A stretch of 64,000 bases of DNA from Bacteroidia bacterium. GTDB taxonomy: Bacteria; Bacteroidota; Bacteroidia; NS11-12g; UBA9320. Of the stretch, positions 41,960 to 50,995 are shown one piece after another. Both the position numbers and the translations under genes were made by a program. Position 1 is the stretch's first letter; every line of letters starts with the position of its first letter. The notes below the pieces were generated by a model. That model saw only the letters and a program-made list of their open reading frames with translations, was not told the DNA's origin and ran no database searches. Location of the stretch: the NCBI GenBank assembly GCA_965216465.1, contig CBDCFW010000006.1:704001-768000 (forward strand), written 5' to 3'.

Positions 41960-42808
41960 ATGCATATAATCAAATCTGCCCAAAATTTATCAAAGTATTT
42001 ATCTGGTTTACGAAATAACGGCGATGAAGTTACAGTTGGTTTTGTTCCGACGATGGGTGCCTTGCATGAAGGACACGCTTCTTTGGTAGCCGAAAGCGTT
42101 GATAATAACACCGTTACTGTATGCAGCATATTTGTTAACCCTACTCAGTTTGGAGAAAGTAAAGATCTCACGAGCTATCCTAAACCCATCGAAAACGACA
42201 TCGAAATGCTAATAAATCTTGGCTGCGACATTCTTTTCTTGCCGGAGTATGAAGATGTTTATCCAAAATCTTACACGCATGTGAAGTTTAAATTGCAGGG
42301 ATTAGACTTAAAAATAGAGGGTGCGAGCCGTCCAGGCCACTTTCAAGGTGTCTGTAATGTCTTAACACGTTTTTTCGAAATTATTGAACCTACGCGTGCT
42401 TATTTTGGCCAGAAAGACTTTCAGCAAAGCGTTGTAGTAAAGTATTTAGTCAAACTGCTTAATTCACCAATTGAAGTTGTAGTTGTTCCAATAAAAAGAG
42501 AACCGCATGGACTAGCAATGAGCTCCCGAAATGTTCGACTAAGTGACAAGGGGCGCCAAAATGCTGCTTTTATTTATCGATCTCTCACTCAGCTTAAGGC
42601 AGACGTAAATGAAATTGGACTCAAAAAGAGTCTTGAAAAGGCCGCTCAATTCATTGAAGCTCAAAAAGGAGCGAGATTGGATTATTTGGTTGCAGTTGAT
42701 TCAAACACGCTTGAAGAAGTTGAGGACTTTGATTCAAAAATCGAAACAGCGGTTTTAACGGTTGTAGAATATGAGGGTGTTCGACTCTTAGACAACATAA
42801 TCTTGTAA
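41960..42808 (+). CDS. panC: Pantoate--beta-alanine ligase
   Basis: PTMGALHEGH, FVNPTQF, RPGHF, GQKDFQQ, AMSSRN and RLLDN. Confidence 0.96.
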   Translation: MHIIKSAQNLSKYLSGLRNNGDEVTVGFVPTMGALHEGHASLVAESVDNNTVTVCSIFVNPTQFGESKDLTSYPKPIENDIEMLINLGCDILFLPEYEDVYPKSYTHVKFKLQGLDLKIEGASRPGHFQGVCNVLTRFFEIIEPTRAYFGQKDFQQSVVVKYLVKLLNSPIEVVVVPIKREPHGLAMSSRNVRLSDKGRQNAAFIYRSLTQLKADVNEIGLKKSLEKAAQFIEAQKGARLDYLVAVDSNTLEEVEDFDSKIETAVLTVVEYEGVRLLDNIIL

Positions 42809-42876
42809 ATCCCTAAGAATTAGTACAGATAAGTTTGTGCAATGGAATTATATGTCTTAACTTTGCACCTCAATAT

Positions 42877-42948
<72 letters not shown>

Positions 42949-42953
42949 CTAGG

Positions 42954-42982
42954 AAGTCTCGCTTAACGGCGGGACTTTTTTT
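42954..42982 (+). terminator. Intrinsic terminator after tRNA-fMet
   Basis: AAGTCTCGC-TTAACG-GCGGGACTT followed by a T-run. Confidence 0.85.
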
Positions 42983-43029
42983 ATTGAAAATTTTAAAATC
43001 TAATTCTCTGATAGAAATTGAGCACCGAA

Positions 43030-43626
43030 CTATTGAATTCGAATCATCAATTCAAAATCAACTGAAATCTCATCAGCAACTTTTATTAAGCCATTCAGTT
43101 CTCGTGGTGGCGTGATGCCAAAGTCAGACATGCACAATGGAACAGAGCTTTTCAGCAGGTATACGCCATTTTGCTTCTCTACCTTGCTTGCAATAAAACA
43201 AACTTCTTGTGCGACTCCTGCGATATTAACTGTGCTTTCTACCCAAACATTTTGAAGATCCTTTTCTTGGTTGCTTATCTTGAGATAGTTTATTCGAACA
43301 TCAATTTCTGGATATGATTGGTACTTTAAGCTCGTTTTCATGCGCTTAGTCAACTGACGATTTCCGCAATCAAATTGATCTATTTCAAGTTGAAGAATGG
43401 TGTTGTCAGAGAAAATAGAAGATGCTGATTTCTCAAAAACAATGGGATTGTTTTGCAATTCTATGCCGTCTTTGCATGCACAAGAAAATGCTCCAACATT
43501 GCTTGTGCCTTTTACAAACACCTTGCTTGACTCAAGAACCTGAATCGATAGCTCGGCTTGTTTGTAATAGCTTGCTGCACAAAGAAGCAAGGCATATAGA
43601 GACAATATGAAAAGACGATTATACAT
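43030..43626 (-). CDS. YceI-like (polyisoprenoid-binding) secreted protein 2
   Basis: KGTSNV, FDCGN, LK...YPEI and MSDFGITPP; signal peptide. Confidence 0.8.
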   Translation of the reverse strand: MYNRLFILSLYALLLCAASYYKQAELSIQVLESSKVFVKGTSNVGAFSCACKDGIELQNNPIVFEKSASSIFSDNTILQLEIDQFDCGNRQLTKRMKTSLKYQSYPEIDVRINYLKISNQEKDLQNVWVESTVNIAGVAQEVCFIASKVEKQNGVYLLKSSVPLCMSDFGITPPRELNGLIKVADEISVDFELMIRIQ

Positions 43627-43633
43627 AAAATTA

Positions 43634-43663
43634 AAGCGGCACCCCAGTAAAGAGATGCCGCTT
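43634..43663 (-). terminator. Intra-operon hairpin between the barrel gene and yceI-2
   Basis: Minus strand reads AAGCGGCATCTC-TTTACT-GGGGTGCCGCTT, a 12-bp stem with G-U pairs, followed by TAATTTT. Confidence 0.6.
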
Positions 43664-43701
43664 GTGGGATTTTTATTTGTTAACTATGCTTCAGCCAATC
43701 T

Positions 43702-45030
43702 TTAGAAAGCTGCTACTGCTTCAATTGTGATTCCTTTAAACTCACCACCATAGTTGATGTTAGTCATTGGGAAGTCTGCATAAGTTTGTTGAACAAACGC
43801 TGCTTTTAGAAGTAGGTTTTTAGTTGCGAACCAACCTGCAGCAACTTCGATTCTTTGGATAGAAGACTCCATAAATTCTCCGTTCTCCATAAAACCTCCA
43901 CTTAGGTTTCCAGAAAGCTTGTTGAATTTACCTCCAACATAAGCACTTTCGTTTTCAAGGAATCTATAGATTACCTCACCACCGATTTGCATTACGCTTC
44001 TGCTAGTAGTATCTTGGAATTCAAATTCTCCATCGCTATTCATAACGTGAGTGTTACCTGATGCACTTTCAACGATACCAAAGATCTCAAGTCCTTTGAA
44101 CTTAACAAATGGGTTGATTTGTACAGAAGTAATTTGGTTGTTGAATCCAGGATTCCATCTACCTGATCTAAATGCACTACCTAAGTTTGCACCTTCTGCT
44201 TCCATTGCTCCATAATATCTAGAACCTGCACGGTCACCAGCATATAATGTGTTTCTGATAGTGTTTGCATTAGATACGAACGATGCTGATAAACGAACTC
44301 TTAAATCTTCGCTAAGTTCTCTGTCAAACGCACCTTTTAAGTAAATTGATGGAGCTCGTTTTTTGCCATCTGCAGGCATTGCAACGTCACCTTTAATTAA
44401 TCCGTTAGTAAGACCTACCATACCTGTGATACCTTCAGCAGGGAATACATAAACCTCACCCCCAATTTCAGTAGTAAATCCATCTAAAATGTAGTTACCT
44501 ACAAATGGGTTGTACATCGCATTACCATTATCGGTTCTACGGAATTGTTGGTCACCGAAGTTAGGTTGGAAGTGTCCAACTTTTACTCTTACCATATCAG
44601 TAAACCACTCAGGGTTATCAAACATAGGAAGTTTGTCAATTTGGATGTAACCACCTTTTACCCAGAAGTCTACGTGGTGTCTTGAAGACATGTAGCTTTC
44701 AAGAGCAAGTCGAATACCATCTTCAAGTTGAACATCAATATTCAAGTTTGCAGTTGCTAAATTAAATCCTGGAGCGATATCATAAAGAGCAGCGCCCGAC
44801 ATTGAAGTGTCGTTGCTGTGGCTTAGCGATTGCCATTGTTGCGTAAACGCTCCTCCGATTCTTACTTTAGTGCCGTTAAATACAGCATCATTGTCTTGTG
44901 GTGCTTCAAACACGTTGATTCCAGTTTGGTCATAAGCTCTCCAATTGTTAATCTGTGCGAAGCCATTTAATGTTAGCCCCATTAGTGCTAAGATTAAAAA
45001 TGTCTTAAGTGTTGATTGTAATTTTGTCAT
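43702..45030 (-). CDS. Outer-membrane beta-barrel (porin-like) protein of unknown function
   Basis: Signal peptide GFA-Q; alternating amphipathic strands; terminal Phe (IEAVAAF). Confidence 0.75.
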   Translation of the reverse strand: MTKLQSTLKTFLILALMGLTLNGFAQINNWRAYDQTGINVFEAPQDNDAVFNGTKVRIGGAFTQQWQSLSHSNDTSMSGAALYDIAPGFNLATANLNIDVQLEDGIRLALESYMSSRHHVDFWVKGGYIQIDKLPMFDNPEWFTDMVRVKVGHFQPNFGDQQFRRTDNGNAMYNPFVGNYILDGFTTEIGGEVYVFPAEGITGMVGLTNGLIKGDVAMPADGKKRAPSIYLKGAFDRELSEDLRVRLSASFVSNANTIRNTLYAGDRAGSRYYGAMEAEGANLGSAFRSGRWNPGFNNQITSVQINPFVKFKGLEIFGIVESASGNTHVMNSDGEFEFQDTTSRSVMQIGGEVIYRFLENESAYVGGKFNKLSGNLSGGFMENGEFMESSIQRIEVAAGWFATKNLLLKAAFVQQTYADFPMTNINYGGEFKGITIEAVAAF

Positions 45031-45075
45031 TGGTTGAATTTTATAGGGTTAAATCTTTTTTTTGGCTCGTTTCCC

Positions 45076-45660
45076 TTATTGTATCTGGGCTTGTTGAACC
45101 GTAATGTTATACTTTATGGTAATGTCGTTACCTGTGGTCATGGTGCCGAAAAGAGCAGTAGGTGGATCAATTCCAAAATCGGTCATTTTTAATTTCTTAG
45201 AACCGCTAAATTTTACCTGATTTCCGGTTAACACTACACCTTTAACCGACATATTAATGTTTTTAGTTACTCCAGCTATAGTTAAGTTTCCGTTTGTTTT
45301 AAGTGTGTATGAATTCCCATTTTTTGTAATACTGTTTACCTTTTTAAGTTGGTAATAAATGTTGGGATGCTTCTTGTTTTTTAAAGCTGTCCAAGTTTTG
45401 TCGTCCATTATTGAACCCTTGGTGCTTTTAATTCCGCTAACAGGAATGGTCACCTTTAAACTGTTCACTCCTTTAATGGCGTTGTTTTCTACAACTACAC
45501 TTCCTGTAGCTTTTGCATTTTTCGAAGTAGACACCCAATCATGAACATTCGATGTTCCTTCAATTTTGATGATACTTTTAACGAGAGAGAAGTTTGCTTG
45601 GCTCCAAACTACTATACTTGATAGGAGCACAAGACTGAAGGTTATGATGAGGTTTTTCAT
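45076..45660 (-). CDS. YceI-like (polyisoprenoid-binding) secreted protein 1
   Basis: GTSNVHDW, MD..T..ALK.K.HP.I, GNLTIAGVTK and MTDFGIDPP. Confidence 0.88.
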   Translation of the reverse strand: MKNLIITFSLVLLSSIVVWSQANFSLVKSIIKIEGTSNVHDWVSTSKNAKATGSVVVENNAIKGVNSLKVTIPVSGIKSTKGSIMDDKTWTALKNKKHPNIYYQLKKVNSITKNGNSYTLKTNGNLTIAGVTKNINMSVKGVVLTGNQVKFSGSKKLKMTDFGIDPPTALFGTMTTGNDITIKYNITVQQAQIQ

Positions 45661-45717
45661 GCCTTGTTAGCTTTAATTTCTTACGCAAAGGTATCCGCCA
45701 AAAAAGCTGAGATGTAC

Positions 45718-45773
45718 TAGCTGAAGTCACCTTTCAACGTGATTTTAATCATAAAACCTGCTGTTTATTTTCA
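45718..45773. promoter_or_regulatory. Three TGA-N6-TCA-type (Crp/Fnr-like) boxes at 22-bp spacing upstream of the yceI operon promoter (TACCTTTG, minus strand, 45693-45686)
   Basis: TAGCTGAAGTCA 45718-29, TGATTTTAATCA 45740-51 and TGTTTATTTTCA 45762-73. Confidence 0.55.
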
Positions 45774-45892
45774 TTGCAGTGATAGCAAATTTTTCTGCCT
45801 GAAAATCAAGCAAAAACAAAAAACATGACGCAAAGCTTTCTTTTTCGCCAACCTTTTTGATTATATTTTAATCTGAATTTAAGATAATTATT

Positions 45893-47104
45893 TTGTCTAA
45901 AAACATTGTACATATGGACCTTGACACTTTCTATGTTTCTGTAGAAAGGCTTCAAGACTCAAGACTTGTCGGAAAACCTGTTCTTTTAGGAGGAACTGGA
46001 GACCGCGGTGTAGTTGCTTCGTGCAGTTATGAGGCCAGAAGGTTTGGGGTGCATTCGGGCATGTCGATGAAGGTTGCCCGTAGGCTTTGTCCTGAAGGAA
46101 TAGTTGTTCGCGGCGAAGCCGGCGTGTATAGCAAGTATTCAAAAATGGTTACTGAAATTCTCAAAGCTGATGTTCCGCTGATAGAAAAATCAAGTATCGA
46201 TGAGTTCTATATCGACCTTACTGGCATGGATCGTTTCTTTGGATGTTACAAGTTGGCCAGTGAGCTTCGTACTCGGGTAATCAAAGAAACAGGCCTGCCC
46301 ATCTCTTTTGGGATGTCAATAAACAAAACCGTTTCGAAGATTGCCACAGGAGAAGCCAAGCCTAACAACCAAATAAAAATTGACTTTGGCGACGAAAAAC
46401 CTTTTTTGGCACCGCTTTCTGTTGGGAAAATCCCCATGATTGGAAAGAAAACAGCCTTTCTTCTCAATCGAATGGGTGTACAAAAAATACATACCATTCA
46501 AGAAATGCCGCTTGAGCTCATGGAGAAAGCTTTTGGTAAAAACGGAAAGGTAATCTGGCAAAAAGCAAACGGCATAGATCATAGTGCCCTTGTTCCCTAC
46601 CACGAAAAAAAATCAATCAGTACTGAGCGAACCTTTATGAAAGACACCATCGATGTACTTAAACTAAAAAATATGATTATCGCCATGGTTGAACAATTGG
46701 CCTTTGAACTAAGACGAGGCTCTCGGGTGTGTTCTTGCATTAGCATTAAAGTTCGCTATTCAGATTTTCAAACGGTAAGCAAGCAGAAACGTATTCCTTA
46801 TACCGCTGCCGACCACACACTCATTCGCTACGCACTCGATATTTTCAATCAACTCTATAACCGCCGTATCCGAGTAAGGCTTATCGGAGTACGCATGAGC
46901 GACCTGGCTGGCGGAGGGCACCAAATTGACCTATTTAATGACGACGATAAGGTGCTAAACCTCTACCAAGCCATGGACAAGATTAAAAACAGATACGGAC
47001 AAAATGCTGTAAGACGCAGCATTGCCATGGACATTAATGGTTTAGGCCGAGGAAACCCTTTTAATGGTGAACCCAATGTTGTTCCCGCTCACCGAAATGC
47101 TTAA
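45893..47104 (+). CDS. dinB: Y-family DNA polymerase IV
   Basis: HMDLDTFY, SYEAR, SIDEFY; clamp motif QIDLF; C-terminal AMDKIKNRYG. Confidence 0.93.
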   Translation: MSKNIVHMDLDTFYVSVERLQDSRLVGKPVLLGGTGDRGVVASCSYEARRFGVHSGMSMKVARRLCPEGIVVRGEAGVYSKYSKMVTEILKADVPLIEKSSIDEFYIDLTGMDRFFGCYKLASELRTRVIKETGLPISFGMSINKTVSKIATGEAKPNNQIKIDFGDEKPFLAPLSVGKIPMIGKKTAFLLNRMGVQKIHTIQEMPLELMEKAFGKNGKVIWQKANGIDHSALVPYHEKKSISTERTFMKDTIDVLKLKNMIIAMVEQLAFELRRGSRVCSCISIKVRYSDFQTVSKQKRIPYTAADHTLIRYALDIFNQLYNRRIRVRLIGVRMSDLAGGGHQIDLFNDDDKVLNLYQAMDKIKNRYGQNAVRRSIAMDINGLGRGNPFNGEPNVVPAHRNA

Positions 47105-47107
47105 TCC

Positions 47108-50071
47108 ATGTTTGTTAATACGCACACTTACTACAGTTTCAAGTATGGAACCATGTCGCCCAAAGAGCTTTTGGAAGAGGCAGAAACTCACGAAGTTCAG
47201 CAGCTCGCTCTCACCGATATTAATAGCACTTCTGGTTCGCTGTACTTTGCTATGGATGCTCAAAGCCGAGGCATTCAACTTGTTCTGGGCGTTGATTTTA
47301 GAATAGGTGCCGAGCAAAAGTTCATTGCCATCGCTAAAAACAATAAAGGGTTTGAGCGTATCAACTTTTTCCTATCGCAAGTATTGGCCAAGAAAAAAAG
47401 CTTGGAAAATTTGGCTCCTCCTCTACCCCATGCGTTCATTATTTATCCGTTATCCAATGCTCCCCAACAACTAAAAGCAAATGAGTTTATAGGCATCTCC
47501 CACCCCGAACTATTCAACTTCAATCGCAAAAACCAAAACACCTGGCCAGCTCATAAATGCATAGCCTTAAATACCGTCACCTTTCGAAACAAAAGAGATT
47601 ACAACGCCCACCGATTGTTGCGAGCAATCGACAACAACACCCTCCTCAGCAAACTAGAAGCCAAAGAACAAGGGCAACCTCATCAAGGGTTTTATACCAA
47701 AAGCCAACTTCAAGAGCTTTTTAAAGCGAGTCCGCACCTTCTGGTTAATACAGAAAAACTCCTTAAGCAATGTTCGCTGTTTTTTGATTTCAACGACAAA
47801 ACCAAGATTCAAAACAAACATACCTTCACCCAAAACAGCACACAAGACCTTAAACTTCTAAAATACCTGGTAAAGGAAGGCTTGATTTATCGCTATGGCA
47901 AAAGCATATCAGAAGAAATTAAGCAGCGGGTTAAAAAAGAACTTTCCGTTATCGTAAAGTGCAACTTCGTGCCGTACTTTTTGATTAACCATGCCATTGT
48001 TAAATATGCCCAAAGCAAAGGATATTTTTATGTCGGTCGAGGAAGTGGTGCAAACAGTCTCGTTGCCTACCTGCTGAAAATTACCAATGTAGATCCTATC
48101 GACCTCAATCTCTATTTTGAGCGGTTCATTAACCCCTCTCGAAAATCTCCTCCTGATTTTGACATCGATTTTTCGTGGAGAGACCGAAACGATGTCACCA
48201 AATTTATTTTCGACACCTTCCCTAACACTGCACTTATGGGGTCATTTGTAACCTTTCAACAACGTTCTGTGATTCGCGAAATTGGCAAGGTGCTTGGGCT
48301 TCCTTCTGAAGAAATAAAAAACATTCAACGCACCCGAGATTATAACACCTTAGATCATGTTGCTAAACTCTGTGTTTTGTACAGTCAATACATTCATGGA
48401 TTTCCTAACCACTTAAGTGTGCACTCCAGCGGCATTGTTATTACCGAAAAACCCATCCAATATTTTGGAGCTACCAGCCTTCCGCCAAAAGGATTTCCCA
48501 CCGCCCATTTCGACATGCACATCGCCGAAGATGCAGGTATTTACAAATACGATATTTTGGGTCAACGCGGCTTGGGAAAGATCAAAGATGCCATCACAGA
48601 AATAAAGCGAAATCAACCCGAAGCCCCTCCTTTCGACATCGACGATGTTGCACGATTCAAGAAAGATGAAAAGATTAAAAACTTGCTGCGAAACGGAGAT
48701 GCCATTGGCTGCTTTTATGTTGAAAGTCCGGCCATGCGAGCACTGATGAAAAAATTAGAAGTAGACGACTATAAAGGCCTCGTTGCAGCAAGCTCTATTA
48801 TTCGACCCGGTGTTTCTCACAGCGGTATGATGCAGGAATACATTAAACGCCATCGAAGCCCTGCGGCTCGAGCAGCCACTCATCCTGTTCTGGCCGAAAT
48901 CTTAGATGATACTTATGGCGTTATGGTGTATCAAGAAGACGTGCTCAAAGTGGCGCACTATTTTGCTGGCCTTACTTTAGAGGAGTCAGATATTCTCCGA
49001 CGAGGTATGAGCTGGAAGTTTCGCGAACGCACAGAGTTTGCCCAAGTAAGAGACCGGTTCTTTTCAAACTGCAATGCAAAAGGTTATGCCAAAGACTTAA
49101 CTGCACAAATCTGGAAGCAAATAGAAAGTTTTGCGAACTATGCATTTGCCAAAGGACACTCAGCTAGTTATGCTATCGAAAGCTACCAAAGTCTTTTTTT
49201 AAAGGCTCACTTCCCGCTAGAATATATGGTAGCTACCATTAACAATTTTGGAGGATTCTATCATACCGAACAGTACATTCAAGAAGCTCGGTTAAAAGGG
49301 GCAACCATAGAAGCCCCTTGTATCAATCGAAGTCTCATGATTACCACCATTTTTGACAAGACCATCTACCTCGGGTTTCAACATGTAAAAGAACTAGAAA
49401 CTTCTGCCATTAAAACCATTCTAGAAGAGCGAGATTACTTTGGTACTTTTTTAAGCTTAGATGATTTTATTTCACGGGTAAATGTGAGCCTAGAAATGGT
49501 CATTATTCTCATTCGGGTTAACACCTTTCGCTTTACCAAAAAAACAAAAGGTTTTTTGCTGTGGAAGGCACACTTTCTGCTAGCCGACAACAAGCAAAGT
49601 TTTGCTCACCCTAAACTGTTTCAGGATAAGAAGAACACAAAGAAAGTTCACATTCCAAGACTGGATGCAATCCCTTATGAAGACGCCTACGACGAAATTG
49701 AATACTTGGGTTTTCCGCTATGCTCTGCTTTTGACCTTGTAGATCCTGAAATGCTCAAAAGCAAAATCACCTACAAACAATTTCCTGAATTACTCAATAA
49801 AACCATTACCATCATCGGCTACCTCGTGCACACCAAAAGAACAAAAACCAAAGGCAAAATAGAACAAGAAATGGCCTTTGGAACCTTCATGGATTTAGAC
49901 GGCCAATTCTTTGATAGTGTTCATTTTCCGAGACCCCTCAAACAGTACCCTTTTCGAGGCAAGGGCTGCTATTTGTTGAGAGGCAAAGTAACTGAAGATT
50001 TTGGCCACTATTCTCTCGAATCTATTTACATGGTAAAAGTGCCTTTTGATAAAATTGTGAAACAGCCGTAA
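47108..50071 (+). CDS. dnaE: Accessory (error-prone, DnaE2-like) DNA polymerase III alpha subunit
   Basis: PHP domain, GRGSGANS, PDFDIDF, FAKGHS and OB fold; 987 aa; starts 3 nt after dinB. Confidence 0.9.
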   Translation: MFVNTHTYYSFKYGTMSPKELLEEAETHEVQQLALTDINSTSGSLYFAMDAQSRGIQLVLGVDFRIGAEQKFIAIAKNNKGFERINFFLSQVLAKKKSLENLAPPLPHAFIIYPLSNAPQQLKANEFIGISHPELFNFNRKNQNTWPAHKCIALNTVTFRNKRDYNAHRLLRAIDNNTLLSKLEAKEQGQPHQGFYTKSQLQELFKASPHLLVNTEKLLKQCSLFFDFNDKTKIQNKHTFTQNSTQDLKLLKYLVKEGLIYRYGKSISEEIKQRVKKELSVIVKCNFVPYFLINHAIVKYAQSKGYFYVGRGSGANSLVAYLLKITNVDPIDLNLYFERFINPSRKSPPDFDIDFSWRDRNDVTKFIFDTFPNTALMGSFVTFQQRSVIREIGKVLGLPSEEIKNIQRTRDYNTLDHVAKLCVLYSQYIHGFPNHLSVHSSGIVITEKPIQYFGATSLPPKGFPTAHFDMHIAEDAGIYKYDILGQRGLGKIKDAITEIKRNQPEAPPFDIDDVARFKKDEKIKNLLRNGDAIGCFYVESPAMRALMKKLEVDDYKGLVAASSIIRPGVSHSGMMQEYIKRHRSPAARAATHPVLAEILDDTYGVMVYQEDVLKVAHYFAGLTLEESDILRRGMSWKFRERTEFAQVRDRFFSNCNAKGYAKDLTAQIWKQIESFANYAFAKGHSASYAIESYQSLFLKAHFPLEYMVATINNFGGFYHTEQYIQEARLKGATIEAPCINRSLMITTIFDKTIYLGFQHVKELETSAIKTILEERDYFGTFLSLDDFISRVNVSLEMVIILIRVNTFRFTKKTKGFLLWKAHFLLADNKQSFAHPKLFQDKKNTKKVHIPRLDAIPYEDAYDEIEYLGFPLCSAFDLVDPEMLKSKITYKQFPELLNKTITIIGYLVHTKRTKTKGKIEQEMAFGTFMDLDGQFFDSVHFPRPLKQYPFRGKGCYLLRGKVTEDFGHYSLESIYMVKVPFDKIVKQP

Positions 50072-50112
50072 GTCATTGAATACAATTGGATTTAAAGATG
50101 CATCTTTGCACC

Positions 50113-50994
50113 TTGTTTAAATCAGCCTTCATAACGATACTTGGATTGCCCAATGCTGGTAAATCAACATTTCTAAATGCTGTTTTGGAAGAGAATTTGG
50201 TCATCACAAATCCCAAAGCTCAAACTACACGACACCGCATCAAAGGAATATTGAATAACGATAACTATCAACTGGTTTTTTCCGACACCCCAGGAATAAT
50301 TCAAGATGCAGCCTACAAGCTTCAAGATGCTATGATGGGTGCAGTAAACGAATCGCTAGAAGATGCTGATATTGTGCTCCTTGTATTAGACGGTCAGTAT
50401 CCAAAAGCAGAGCAGTTTAAACCAATACTTGAGCAAGTAAGCTGCCCAATAGTTATTGCCTTAAACAAGATTGACTTGGTACAGGATCAGGAAAAAATTA
50501 ACGATACAATCAACGAAGTAAAAAGCATTATAGCTACAGAGCATGTTTACGCAATGAGTGCCAAAGAAAAATTCAATGTAGATGCTCTAGTTGATGCGTT
50601 AGTTGGATTAGCCAGTGAACATCCACCTTACTACGACCCTGAAATTCTAACCGACGAAAACGTTCGGTTTTTGGTCAGCGAAATGGTACGTGAACAAATA
50701 CTTTCTCAATACAAAAAAGAAGTTCCTTATTCTTCGGAGGTAACGGTAACTGACTATAAAGAAGACAAAGACATTGATCGTATCTATGCGACCATATATG
50801 TTGAACGCGATTCACAAAAATCAATTCTACTCGGTAAAGGAGGTGCTTCAATCAAGAAACTGGGAATAGCGGCTCGAAAAAGAATTGAAGCATTTATAGA
50901 TAAAAAAGTTTTTCTATCCTTAACAGTTAAAGTGAGAAAGGATTGGAGAACGGATGACCAACAATTGAAAAACTTCGGATATTTAAGAAAATAA
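50113..50994 (+). CDS. era: GTPase Era
   Basis: GLPNAGKST, QTTR, DTPG, NKID and KH domain; TTG 50113 is the likely start. Confidence 0.95.
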   Translation: MFKSAFITILGLPNAGKSTFLNAVLEENLVITNPKAQTTRHRIKGILNNDNYQLVFSDTPGIIQDAAYKLQDAMMGAVNESLEDADIVLLVLDGQYPKAEQFKPILEQVSCPIVIALNKIDLVQDQEKINDTINEVKSIIATEHVYAMSAKEKFNVDALVDALVGLASEHPPYYDPEILTDENVRFLVSEMVREQILSQYKKEVPYSSEVTVTDYKEDKDIDRIYATIYVERDSQKSILLGKGGASIKKLGIAARKRIEAFIDKKVFLSLTVKVRKDWRTDDQQLKNFGYLRK

Positions 50995-50995
50995 A

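Noticed and set aside
43015-43025. AAATTGAGCAC, matching one arm of the 19303-19329 inverted repeat
   Set aside because: A single half-site between convergent 3' ends; plausibly chance
47064-47306. 80-aa ORF across the dinB/dnaE junction, or a dinB-dnaE fusion
   Set aside because: Alternative-frame shadow. dinB ends in TAA and dnaE has its own ATG; the two are in the same frame, but nothing supports read-through
42949-50085. Integrative element at tRNA-fMet carrying the yceI operon and dinB-dnaE
   Set aside because: No integrase and no duplicated tRNA 3' end found near era; the tRNA terminator is intact
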